Below are positions 1 to 8,888 of a DNA stretch of 43,147 nt, piece after piece. This DNA comes from a bacterium (lineage in GTDB: Archaea > Thermoproteota > Bathyarchaeia > 40CM-2-53-6): NCBI GenBank assembly GCA_021323995.1, contig JAJPJY010000069.1, positions 1-43,147 on the forward strand, read 5' to 3'. The first letter of the stretch is position 1. Each line of letters opens with the position of its first letter. The notes below the pieces were generated by a model, which was not told where the DNA came from, searched no databases, and worked only from the letters and a program-made list of their open reading frames with translations. A program made the position numbers and the translations under genes.

Positions 1-43
1 AGACCTGTAGAGGGGTCCTACCAGAAGAGAGGATTTGACGGAT

Positions 44-343
44 CTAAGATTTTGTCTTTGCGGCGTGTTTGTCTCTAGTATGCTGGTCTAGTGCAGTTTG
101 CGAGCCGAATACTGCTCCGCACTGTGCACACTTGAACTGGCCAGCCGTAGCGCCTGCTGCCGGCTTGCCCATCATTACTCCTCCGACTATGATGAGGGCT
201 CCAAGGACTGCGAGTCCCAAGCCTCCTAATGGGATGATATGGTGAGTTCTTCCTCCCAGAAGATCAGTGTAGGATGCGACTGCGTACGTGGCGATTCCCG
301 CAGCTAGTAGTACTACGCCGAGGACGAGGAAGCTCTTGTTCAC
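44..343 (-). CDS. Small two-TM membrane protein with C-terminal C2H2 zinc finger
   Basis: Two hydrophobic helices followed by FKCAQCGAVFGSQTALDQHTRDKH (F-x-C-x2-C-x12-H-x4-H). Confidence 0.8.
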   Translation of the reverse strand: MNKSFLVLGVVLLAAGIATYAVASYTDLLGGRTHHIIPLGGLGLAVLGALIIVGGVMMGKPAAGATAGQFKCAQCGAVFGSQTALDQHTRDKHAAKTKS

Positions 344-516
344 GATTGACCGGTATTCTGGTCGGAGAACACCGTTCTTAAGCTCTACGAAAGGAGCAGA
401 CCCTGGTCAAGACCAGGCGACAACCGATAAGGCTGGTTCATTCCGATCGCCTCTGCGTGTTGCATCTCATCAAGGCTTAACTATCGATTATGCAATGAGG
501 GTCGAGCGTCCAAAGA

Positions 517-810
517 TTGGCACAACCTGAAGAAGCACCCCGCAAACCCGCTCCTGAGAGGAAGAGGATCTCCAAACTGCAACTGGCAAAATACGACTCA
601 ACACCCCTCTACTACTATACCGAAAAAAATCTTCTCGACCGGGTTACTGTTCTGAAGGAACAGGGCAAGGAGATCTACCTGATCGCGGGACGATACACAA
701 GGTTTGAGAACGATTCACGAGTCTATAATCAGTTAACAGACGATGAGAAGGCTCAGATCGAGAAACAGCTCCGGATGGGCCGAAAAGATGCTTTGATCAG
801 TTTCCTCTAG
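517..810 (+). CDS. Hypothetical cytoplasmic protein
   Basis: 97-aa ORF with protein-like composition and a TATA-like CTTAACTAT about 35 nt upstream. Confidence 0.65.
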   Translation: MAQPEEAPRKPAPERKRISKLQLAKYDSTPLYYYTEKNLLDRVTVLKEQGKEIYLIAGRYTRFENDSRVYNQLTDDEKAQIEKQLRMGRKDALISFL

Positions 811-854
811 AAAACCGATAAGACTTTCTACCCCATGACAGGTGTGGCTGAAAC

Positions 855-1232
855 ATGACGCCCCTCGAAGAGCTCACAAGCCTCGTCGTTGAAAAGGGCC
901 GGAAGATACTCGTTGCGGAGAACCCGGTCGACCTTCAAAACCTCCAAGCCGAGAACTCGGTCTACATCCTTCAACTGCCTGAGGGCGGCTCTTCAGCGGG
1001 AGGCCGGACAGGAGGCTTTGGAGAACGACGATTGGAGAGACTGTACGCGTTCCACTACGAGAACGGGGCATGTTACAAACTGTTCGAGGTCGACAACCCG
1101 GAAAAACTGGAAAGGTTCGACCTGCCCTATCACGCTGCCGGGACCCCGATAATACTCCCTGACGGTTCTGAGCATGTGATTTCAGGGGTCATAGACCCGG
1201 AGTTCGTAGAGTCCTACAAGAGAATAGTCTGA
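855..1232 (+). CDS. Hypothetical cytoplasmic protein
   Basis: 125-aa ORF with ATG start, co-oriented with the previous gene; no recognised motif. Confidence 0.7.
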   Translation: MTPLEELTSLVVEKGRKILVAENPVDLQNLQAENSVYILQLPEGGSSAGGRTGGFGERRLERLYAFHYENGACYKLFEVDNPEKLERFDLPYHAAGTPIILPDGSEHVISGVIDPEFVESYKRIV

Positions 1233-1251
1233 GACAGCTTCTGCCCCACGA

Positions 1252-1809
1252 TCAGCTTACCGTGGCAGTTGCTTGCGGTGTCAGGTGACCGTTCATTGCC
1301 AGTATCTCCGCATCGTTGAATGAGACTGTTAGGAGGAGCCGGGTCTGCGTGCCGGGGCTGCTCTGGAATCCTCCTCCAACAATCGAGACCTTAAGCGAAC
1401 CGCTCGGGACAGTGTAAGTCACGTTTCCAACAGTGGAAAAGTCGACTACGGCTGTCGAGACGGTGAACCGGAGCTGATCATATGATCCAGTCGCAAGGTT
1501 CGTCGACGCCAATGTTCGAGAATTATTCAGGATAGTGAGCATGTCAACCATGGTCGGCGGTCCTACTATAGAATGCCAGCCCGTATCGTTAGTGCTTCCA
1601 ATTCCTGCTTGATGAATCTCGATGCCGACAAACGTGATGTAGATGTGCAGTATGGTCGAGTTGTAGTGTGGATTACCTCCGTTCCCGCCGGGCGGGTCAG
1701 TAATGCTGAGGGTTACACTTCCTTGGGCGTAGTCGTGGTAGAAGAAATAACCGGCTATTACACCGACAATAAGGATAACCAGGACAGTCGCAATCTTCCC
1801 CTTAGCCAA
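1252..1809 (-). CDS. DUF4382-like membrane-anchored extracellular protein
   Basis: N-terminal TM helix, then GSVTLSITDPP, IYITFVGIEIH and LATGSYDQLRF motifs typical of DUF4382. Confidence 0.7.
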   Translation of the reverse strand: MAKGKIATVLVILIVGVIAGYFFYHDYAQGSVTLSITDPPGGNGGNPHYNSTILHIYITFVGIEIHQAGIGSTNDTGWHSIVGPPTMVDMLTILNNSRTLASTNLATGSYDQLRFTVSTAVVDFSTVGNVTYTVPSGSLKVSIVGGGFQSSPGTQTRLLLTVSFNDAEILAMNGHLTPQATATVS

Positions 1810-1911
1810 CCCTCTTCAACCGGGACTACGCGCTTCTCAACTATCGGGAGTCGCGAACGGGCTTATCCCTAGCATAACCCTGTTAGGACTCGGACAGTTA
1901 CAAATCCGGAA

Positions 1912-2817
1912 TCAGCCCGCGGCCGGAAGCGGCTTCGGGACAGGCTCGCGAGAGAGAATGATGAAAATTGTATCCTTGCCAGATTCTCGCGTCAATCGCC
2001 GCTCTAAGGAAGCTTTCTCTGATGCTGAGAGATCTCTAGCAGCATAGATTTCCAAGTCCAGCCCATCCGCACTGGCACTAGTTCTCAAACCGTTTTCAAC
2101 ATAGGCTAGCGCAGGTCTGAACAGTTGACCATGGAGATTCTCTAGCTCGACGGTCGATAAGGTGTTGGGCGTGGCTTTTTCTTTGAGAATCCTGTACAAT
2201 TCGGGAATGTCTGGAATGTTGAGAGTCTGAGACTGGTGCTTGAACTCGTGGAGCTCGAATCGTAGCTCTCCAATCTTTCCCTTGCTCCATAGTCTCGAAT
2301 GATCTTCTGCAGCCAGCCCGGATCCGAAGTCAGCGTAGGCGAGCAGAACGTTAGCGTTACTCATGTATTCTGCCAGGATCATTTTTCCCTCAAACGGAAA
2401 CTTTGCCGTCCCAGATGTAGAAGATGGATTGTTTCGATCGTCGACAGGAAGGACTTCTTCCGTGCTCTGGAAGATGAGAGCAGACTTCTCTCTAGAGACT
2501 CCATTTTCTGTCAAGTATCGATTCGCGAGATAAATGGTGTCTTCGAACAGGGCCGGATCTGGAAAGAGACGAGGGAAGCGCAGCGACAACTGATAGACGT
2601 CTACTCGAACTGTCAAAGCCTCAGGTTTCCAGACATGTTCTCTCGCCCTAGATGATTCTAATCCAGTGGATGTCTCGCGAAGTAAAAGAATACTTCGAGC
2701 ATGCATCGTCCACGCGGGACACTTTAGGGAAGGGGAGGATTGGTATGGAATCCTGACCAGATCCTGACCAGTTCCTATTAGGAGGATTTGGCGAGAGTCT
2801 ACAAGTCTTAATGTCAT
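1912..2817 (-). CDS. Hypothetical protein (true start probably 100-170 nt downstream of 2817)
   Basis: Long ORF with globular composition; its 5' part overlaps the divergent promoter region of the wHTH gene. Confidence 0.6.
   Translation of the reverse strand: MTLRLVDSRQILLIGTGQDLVRIPYQSSPSLKCPAWTMHARSILLLRETSTGLESSRAREHVWKPEALTVRVDVYQLSLRFPRLFPDPALFEDTIYLANRYLTENGVSREKSALIFQSTEEVLPVDDRNNPSSTSGTAKFPFEGKMILAEYMSNANVLLAYADFGSGLAAEDHSRLWSKGKIGELRFELHEFKHQSQTLNIPDIPELYRILKEKATPNTLSTVELENLHGQLFRPALAYVENGLRTSASADGLDLEIYAARDLSASEKASLERRLTRESGKDTIFIILSREPVPKPLPAAG
2734..2788. promoter_or_regulatory. Repeat cluster in the divergent intergenic region, candidate operator
   Basis: Tandem ATCCTGACCAG x2 (2750-2771), palindrome TCCTA-T-TAGGA, GGAGGATT x2 and a GGATT..AATCC inverted pair. 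Confidence 0.4.
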
Positions 2818-2852
2818 TGACTACAAAGCGGACCCTTGACGCCCCCGGCGAA

Positions 2853-3191
2853 ATGGAATTGGCCAAGCTTCACTCTCCCTCCGAGACTTCTTGGAGACGA
2901 CTTTTGTGGTATATTCTGGCCGGGTCCCGCGGCGGCGTCAACCGGGGCAGAATAATCAACCTGTTACGCGTTGAGCCTCACAACATTAACCAGCTGGCTG
3001 ACGCCTTAGACGTTCACTATAGAGTGGCCGAGCATCATATCCGAGCATTAGAGAAGAACAATCTCATCACTCCCGCCGGAGAACACTATGGCAAGCTCTA
3101 CTTTCTCTCACAAGAGATGGAGGCGCATCTCGGTCTCTTCGACGAGGTCTGGAAGAAGATACAGCCCTCGAATCGGGAGGTGAAAAAGTAA
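2853..3191 (+). CDS. Winged-helix (ArsR-like) transcriptional regulator
   Basis: LLWYILAGSRGGVNRGRIINLL..PHNINQLA..LDVHYRVAEHHIRALE..YGKLYFLS, an archaeal wHTH signature; ORF is open from 2811. Confidence 0.85.
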   Translation: MELAKLHSPSETSWRRLLWYILAGSRGGVNRGRIINLLRVEPHNINQLADALDVHYRVAEHHIRALEKNNLITPAGEHYGKLYFLSQEMEAHLGLFDEVWKKIQPSNREVKK

Positions 3192-3475
3192 TGTCGTTGC
3201 TAATGGAAATAAGCATGTACTCCGCAGCCCTCAGCGCAATCCTCCTGCTCGGTCTAATCGCAACATATGGCCGGATCTATCGGGACACTCGCGCCCAGTT
3301 CAGCCTCGGACTCACAATCTTCGCACTCGTACTTTTCGCTCAGAACATTCTCGCAGTCTATTCGTTCATCACCATGTCCAACCTCATACCCGACCCGATG
3401 CCCGCATACCTGCTCGGGATCAACATCACAGAAGTGCTGGGGATTGCAGTGCTATTCAGGACTACGATCCGGTAA
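3191..3475 (+). CDS. Small 3-TM membrane protein coupled to the wHTH gene
   Basis: TAATG stop/start overlap; three hydrophobic segments; FSLGL..FA..LF.QN motif. Confidence 0.75.
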   Translation: MSLLMEISMYSAALSAILLLGLIATYGRIYRDTRAQFSLGLTIFALVLFAQNILAVYSFITMSNLIPDPMPAYLLGINITEVLGIAVLFRTTIR

Positions 3476-3567
3476 AAATAGGCCGGATCTAGACCGGAGA
3501 AAGACCACATCTCGCTCATTCCGTAAATAGAATCGGCACAGACTACCACGCATCGGCCATGAACACG

Positions 3568-3575
3568 GGAGGTGA
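3568..3575 (+). promoter_or_regulatory. Shine-Dalgarno GGAGGTGA
   Basis: 9 nt upstream of ATG 3585. Confidence 0.7.
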
Positions 3576-3584
3576 GTTTGTAGA

Positions 3585-4694
3585 ATGAAAAACCAGAAAC
3601 TCTCCATATTCGTCGCAGTTCTAGCATTACTAGTCGTCGTTGTTCCAAGTGTTGGAGCGGTTCCCCGTGCTCACGCGCAGGGATCAGCAGGGACAGTCTA
3701 CATCATGACAAACGATCCAACTGGCAACCAGATCGTAGTCTACAGTCGATCGGCTGACGGCAGTCTAACCTGGGTAGCAAATGTCGCTACTAATGGTCTT
3801 GGACTAAATGGTCTAGCGGGAAGCGTTCAGAGCGCCTTGGCTCTCAGCAGTGATGGCAAGTGGCTCTTCGCGGTGAATGCAGGAAGCAATAGTGTAAGCG
3901 TCTTCCAGGTCAGCAAGAGCGGACTCGTTCTAACTGATACAGCGTCCTCCGGCGGAGTTCGTCCTGTTAGCGTAACGGTCTTCGGCTCCTGGGTCTATGT
4001 CCTCAACAACAACACTGCAAACGCTGCTGGCAATATCGCCGGCTTCTCCCTAAGCGCAAATGGCAAACTATCACCTATTGCGGGATCGGTTCAGCCGCTG
4101 AGTGGAGTCGCTACCGTAGCCGAGATCGCGTTCAACCCAACCGGCACAATACTCGCAGTTACCGAGAAGTCAACCAACCTCATCGACACTTACACGGTCA
4201 ACAGTCAAGGAGTTGCTACCGGTCCAACCACTACTCCATCGAGCGGGGCTGAGCCTTTCGGCTTTGTCTTCGACTCCAAGGGTACACTCCTCGTCAGCGA
4301 GGCTCCGGGCAGCGCAGCATCCTCATACTCAGTATCATCCGCAGGCGCAGTAACCACCATCAGCGGATCCATCGCAAACGGCCAACTAGCAGCTTGCTGG
4401 CTGGTCGCCACTGGAAACAGCCGCTACGCATACACGGCAAACGCACACAACCACACCATATCCAGCTATACAATTAGCCCAGACGGTACTCTGACACTGC
4501 TCAAGCCAGTTGCCGCCGATACGGGCGCTACTGATCTTGACATGGCCTTCACCGGAAACAGCCACTTCCTCTACGTCTTCGTACACGGCTCTAACTCTAT
4601 CGAAGGATTCAGCGTCAACCACGACGGAAGCCTAGAACTCGTAACAACAGTCACTGGAGTCCCAGCAACCGCAGACGGACTAGCAGCCTTCTAA
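3585..4694 (+). CDS. Secreted 7-bladed beta-propeller, lactonase (Pgl-like) family
   Basis: Signal peptide; blade repeats such as LSSDGKWLFAVNAGSNSVSVF, PFGFVFD and AACW..RYAYTAN; T-tract at 4712-4717 after the stop. Confidence 0.8.
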   Translation: MKNQKLSIFVAVLALLVVVVPSVGAVPRAHAQGSAGTVYIMTNDPTGNQIVVYSRSADGSLTWVANVATNGLGLNGLAGSVQSALALSSDGKWLFAVNAGSNSVSVFQVSKSGLVLTDTASSGGVRPVSVTVFGSWVYVLNNNTANAAGNIAGFSLSANGKLSPIAGSVQPLSGVATVAEIAFNPTGTILAVTEKSTNLIDTYTVNSQGVATGPTTTPSSGAEPFGFVFDSKGTLLVSEAPGSAASSYSVSSAGAVTTISGSIANGQLAACWLVATGNSRYAYTANAHNHTISSYTISPDGTLTLLKPVAADTGATDLDMAFTGNSHFLYVFVHGSNSIEGFSVNHDGSLELVTTVTGVPATADGLAAF

Positions 4695-4758
4695 ACTCCC
4701 AAAACTGCCCCTTTTTTCTAGGGCTTACTCTTTCTTTGATTGTCCACAGCGACTGTCT

Positions 4759-5154
4759 TTAGCGGAAGATCGCTTGGTGCTTGACTGTCTGGACAAGGTG
4801 TCCTTTCGGCTTAAGCCTATTTTCCCTGTCGACAAGTACAACGTGAGGCTTCCAGTGCAGTGCTTGTTTCTCGCTCATCCAAGCGAAGGCTGTGATGATG
4901 ATCTCGTCTCCCTGCTGGACCTTTCGGGCGGCGGCGCCGTTGATCGCAGCGGTCCCGCTTCCTCTCGGGGCTGAGAGAGCGTAGGTGGAGAATCTTTCCC
5001 CATTGGTAATGTTCCAGATGTCGACTTGTTCGAAGGGAATGATGCCGGCAGCCTCCATCAGGGATGAGTCTATCTCGATGCTTCCCTCATAGTTGAGGTC
5101 GGCACCGGTCACTCTAGCACGGTGGATCTTGCCCTTGAGCATTCGAAGCTGCAA
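4759..5154 (-). CDS. panD: Aspartate 1-decarboxylase (pyruvoyl-dependent)
   Basis: MLKGKIHRARVTGADLNYEG/SIEID self-cleavage site, NGERFSTY, INGAAAR. Confidence 0.95.
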   Translation of the reverse strand: MQLRMLKGKIHRARVTGADLNYEGSIEIDSSLMEAAGIIPFEQVDIWNITNGERFSTYALSAPRGSGTAAINGAAARKVQQGDEIIITAFAWMSEKQALHWKPHVVLVDRENRLKPKGHLVQTVKHQAIFR

Positions 5155-5274
5155 TACCTGTTCGCCTTCTACAGTGATAATGGTGAGACTCGCTAGAATT
5201 GAATGAGAGCTACCTTCTCTCTAGAGAACATAGGAGCTTAGCTGGAACGTGTCAAACGATTCGTAGCTGATCGC

Positions 5275-6477
5275 TTATGCTTCCTCGGGCGGTGTTGCCT
5301 TGTGAAACATGCGATAAAGCATTGCGTCATAGCCGATTTTCAATACTCCTGCGAACACGAAGGGCGAGCCGATCCATAGAACGGTAATCAGGTACCCGGC
5401 CAGCGAGGGACTGACGGATTGAGCGCTGGTTCGTGAAACGTTGGTGAAACCGGCTGCGGGAGTCCTGTCTCGTTCCGAGACCATGCTCATCAAGAACGAT
5501 TGTCTAGTAGGGACATCCATCTGAGAAAGTGATTGTCTGCCAAGCAAGAGAATGATCGCGGGTCCTGCCGATGGGGCAAACGGGATCGCCGCGAGCAGGA
5601 CGTTGGATGGAATATGACTGAAGACCATCGTATTGACGAGGCCGAAACGATGCGCGAGCCGTGCGGCCAGCAGGAAAGAGACCGCGGTTACGACTTGGGC
5701 GGTTCCAAACAAGAGTCCGAGCGATGTTAGGTCTAACGAGTATCTCTCGAAGAAGTAGTACGATAAGATGCTCTGGCCGACGAATCCTCCCGCGAACGCG
5801 TCCACCGAGAACAAGGCGGACATCTTGTACACGATAGGCTTGGACTCTCTAGACAATACTTGACGAGATGAGGATACCGTTTGCTCTTGTTCAATTTTTT
5901 TGGAGAGACGGGAATAGAGAAGTGCGCCTAGGAGCCCGGAGACGAGATAGGCGGCGAAGAGTGGTCGATAGCCTGCGATGCCCGGACCCAGGTATCGAGG
6001 AAGTCCGGCCAGAAATGATCCGATAGATAGGGACGCGTAGCCGACTAGGTTGTAGAGGCTGAAGGTTAGTGTTCGCCGTTTCAGGTCAGAGGTTCTCGGC
6101 AGGATCGCCTGGTCGAGTGACAGGAAGGGTCCGGTCTCTCCCGATCCCACGGACATGTTCCCAACAATGCCCGCAGCGACCGGCGCCCACCAAGAGGCTG
6201 AGGCGAATAGCAAGGCTCCTGCGAGCGCGTCTGTCAAGGCAAAGAAACCGAGAGAACGTCTGCGTCCAATTCGGTCCGCTACGAGGCTAGCGATGAAAGT
6301 GTAGAATGCGCTGGTTGCGACCGTTAGTGTCAGGACAATACCGATCTGGACGGCATTGAATCCTAGCTGGCTTAGATAGACGGGGAATAGAACGCCGAGG
6401 AAACCGTACGGGATTGTCCGGACCATCTTCTCGGCGAGGACCAGTCTTCCATCGCGAGAGATCCAGCTGAGAAACAT
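5275..6477 (-). CDS. MFS transporter
   Basis: About 12 TM helices, motif A (ADRIGRR), DAFAGGF, SQMDVPTRQS; ATG 6477 preferred over 6525. Confidence 0.9.
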   Translation of the reverse strand: MFLSWISRDGRLVLAEKMVRTIPYGFLGVLFPVYLSQLGFNAVQIGIVLTLTVATSAFYTFIASLVADRIGRRRSLGFFALTDALAGALLFASASWWAPVAAGIVGNMSVGSGETGPFLSLDQAILPRTSDLKRRTLTFSLYNLVGYASLSIGSFLAGLPRYLGPGIAGYRPLFAAYLVSGLLGALLYSRLSKKIEQEQTVSSSRQVLSRESKPIVYKMSALFSVDAFAGGFVGQSILSYYFFERYSLDLTSLGLLFGTAQVVTAVSFLLAARLAHRFGLVNTMVFSHIPSNVLLAAIPFAPSAGPAIILLLGRQSLSQMDVPTRQSFLMSMVSERDRTPAAGFTNVSRTSAQSVSPSLAGYLITVLWIGSPFVFAGVLKIGYDAMLYRMFHKATPPEEA

Positions 6478-6536
6478 TGCCGATTCCTGCGTGTTGAGGG
6501 TGGTGTTTACATAGATAATCTGCACACTCGAGAGTT

Positions 6537-7016
6537 ATGAAATGGGTTACTCGAGAAAAGGCGAAGGTCGACCGGATCGCGTGCCCTTGGCTGATCAGAA
6601 AGTTCGTTGACAAGAACCCCGAATTCCTCTTCGTCCCACCCGAGACTATTCCACGAGTCGTCAAAGACACAGGCGCGATAGCATACGACGCCAAGGGTGT
6701 AGAACTGACACATTACAAGGAGAACGGTGAAGAGCGCGTCAGCTTCGACGCGATTATCAAGAAGTACAGTCTGACGGACCCAGCGCTACTCGAGCTCGCC
6801 AAGATAGTAAGAGGAGCAGACGCGAAAATCCCGAACCCTCCGCCGGAATCGGCTGGACTCGAAGCCGTAGCGCATGGTTTCCGGAATCTTTCCAAGGACG
6901 ACTTTGACAACATGCGACTACAATTCCCAACCTATGATGCTCTCTACAAGTTCTGCCAGCTGAAGGTCGAAGGAACTCAGAAGCTAGAGTACAACGTCGC
7001 TCAAGCCGCACGGTAA
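6537..7016 (+). CDS. Chromate-resistance ChrB C-terminal / ChrF-like protein
   Basis: MKWVTRE..KVDRIACPWLIRKFVD..F.FV, SFDAII, DPAL..LA.IVRGAD, PESAGL, YDALY. Confidence 0.85.
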   Translation: MKWVTREKAKVDRIACPWLIRKFVDKNPEFLFVPPETIPRVVKDTGAIAYDAKGVELTHYKENGEERVSFDAIIKKYSLTDPALLELAKIVRGADAKIPNPPPESAGLEAVAHGFRNLSKDDFDNMRLQFPTYDALYKFCQLKVEGTQKLEYNVAQAAR

Positions 7017-7031
7017 GTCTAGGGTCAAAGC

Positions 7032-7949
7032 CTGAAACTCCTCGGCCACATAGACCTGCCTACTCACCAGAACAAGGGCGGCTTCGACCACGCCGCCATC
7101 CACGACAAGTCAGGAACCCTATACGTCGCGCACACAGCTAATGACTCGGTCGATCTGATCGACATCCGGACCGACAAATATTTGCGCTCAATTCAAAATC
7201 TTCCCGGAGTCGCGGGCGTGCTTGTCTCGAACGAGAAAGATCTGGTCTTCACCTCCAACCGCGGCGAGAAGACCGTAAGCATATTTCACCACGGCAGAGA
7301 GAACAATCTGGACAAGATACGCGTAGGCGGCTTTCCGAACGGACTAGCCTATGATCCATCGCGAGACAATCTCATCGCCGCAAACGTTTCTCGTCCTGAT
7401 GATCCTAATCCGATCACGGTTTCCGTGGTAGATGCAAGAAAGAAGGTACTGGAAGCTGACATCATAGTTCCGGGACGGACTCGATGGACAATCTACGACG
7501 CGAAATCGGACCGTTTCTTTGTCAACATCTCAAAACCCTCACAGATTGTCGCGATCGAAAGTAAGGATCCAGACGGAATAGCAGCCAGCTATGATATCCC
7601 TGCGACAGGTCCCCACGGACTTGACATTGACTCTGAAGATAGGAAGCTCTTCTGCGCTTGTGATCAAGCAGCTCTATTCACGGTTGACCTAAGATCAGGA
7701 AAAGTTGCCAGAATGGGGCCACTCACCGGCCCGCCTGACGTCATATTCTACAACAAACGCTTGAACCATCTTTACTTGGCCATTGGAGATCCCGGAGTGA
7801 TCGACGTTTACGATACAAACAAGGGAAAGCTGGTCGAATCAGTGAAGACGGAGCGCGGAGCGCATACCATCGCCTATAGCCAGGCGGACAACAAGGTGTA
7901 TGCGTTCCTGCCGGAGACCCACAGAGCTTTGGTATACCTGGATGAATGA
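7032..7949 (+). CDS. YncE-family beta-propeller protein (probable CTG start)
   Basis: Frame is open from 7023 and encodes LKLLGHIDLP..GGFDHAAI..LYVAHTAND before the listed 7182 start; propeller repeats PNGLAYDP, GPHGLDID, GAHTIA. Confidence 0.8.
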   Translation: MKLLGHIDLPTHQNKGGFDHAAIHDKSGTLYVAHTANDSVDLIDIRTDKYLRSIQNLPGVAGVLVSNEKDLVFTSNRGEKTVSIFHHGRENNLDKIRVGGFPNGLAYDPSRDNLIAANVSRPDDPNPITVSVVDARKKVLEADIIVPGRTRWTIYDAKSDRFFVNISKPSQIVAIESKDPDGIAASYDIPATGPHGLDIDSEDRKLFCACDQAALFTVDLRSGKVARMGPLTGPPDVIFYNKRLNHLYLAIGDPGVIDVYDTNKGKLVESVKTERGAHTIAYSQADNKVYAFLPETHRALVYLDE

Positions 7950-8833
7950 AGGGACCGACAACACTTATCTCAAATGACCAATCTGATCCAGCGAACTTGA
8001 AGTCTCAGAAGGAGAAGGCTGAGGAGTTTCGCGCCCTTCACCGAAGGGGCCGCATACTGGTTCTTCCTAACGCTTGGGACGTTGCAAGCGCGCGGGCCTT
8101 CGAAAACGCTGGGTTCCCAGCCGTCGCCACCTCCAGTGCCGGCATGATGGTCTCACTAGGCTATCCTGACGGAGAGGTCATCGACAGGAACGAATTTGTC
8201 CAGGCGGTCAGAAGGATCGCAAAGATCCTAACAGTTCCTCTCAGCGTAGATGTGGTCGCAGGGTTTGGCGAAACACCCGATGAAGTTGTCTCAACCGTTA
8301 GAGAAGTGGTCAAGACTGGAGCTGTCGGGGTAAACATCGAAGATTTTCTCCATGCCGAGAAGAGATTGTTTGCTGTTGAGAAGCAGGTCGAGAAGCTCAA
8401 GGCTGTCAGGAAACTTTCGCAGTCGTTGAACATTCCATTCGTCATCAACGGACGGACAGACGCTTTCAGGTTTGGAGAAGGTGATGAGCCGGCTAGATTG
8501 AAAGAAGCAATTCGTCGGGCGACAGCGTACAAGGATGCTGGGGCTGACTGCGTTTATCCAATGGGCTTGGTGGATCCCGCTTCGATCTCCACCTTCGTAA
8601 AAGCTCTAAACTTTCCAACCAATGTCATGGTCAGAAAAGGACTCCCATCCGTCAAGGAATTGGAGAGGCTAGGAGTTGCACGCGTGAGCTTTGGACCCAG
8701 CGCCTCTTACGCTACAATGGGTCTCCTAAAACGGATCAGTAAGGAAGTCCTTGAGAAGGGCACGTTTGATAGTCTGATCGACGGCGCGGTAAGCTACGAC
8801 GAACTGAACAATCTAGCTTTGCCGCGAGCCTGA
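7946..8833 (+). CDS. Isocitrate lyase/PEP mutase family protein
   Basis: LPNAWDVASAR, ATSSAG, GVNIED, INGRTD, AGADCV. Confidence 0.9.
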   Translation: MKGPTTLISNDQSDPANLKSQKEKAEEFRALHRRGRILVLPNAWDVASARAFENAGFPAVATSSAGMMVSLGYPDGEVIDRNEFVQAVRRIAKILTVPLSVDVVAGFGETPDEVVSTVREVVKTGAVGVNIEDFLHAEKRLFAVEKQVEKLKAVRKLSQSLNIPFVINGRTDAFRFGEGDEPARLKEAIRRATAYKDAGADCVYPMGLVDPASISTFVKALNFPTNVMVRKGLPSVKELERLGVARVSFGPSASYATMGLLKRISKEVLEKGTFDSLIDGAVSYDELNNLALPRA

Positions 8834-8888
8834 TTTTTGGAAAGAGACTATCAACTACGACCTCCAATAGCGCGGCCGGTTTCAGTAG

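Noticed and set aside
5190-5245. pan RNA motif-like hairpin upstream of panD
   Set aside because: Only one imperfect hairpin (TTCTC/GAGAA, AGCT/AGCT); it could equally be an MFS terminator or chance.
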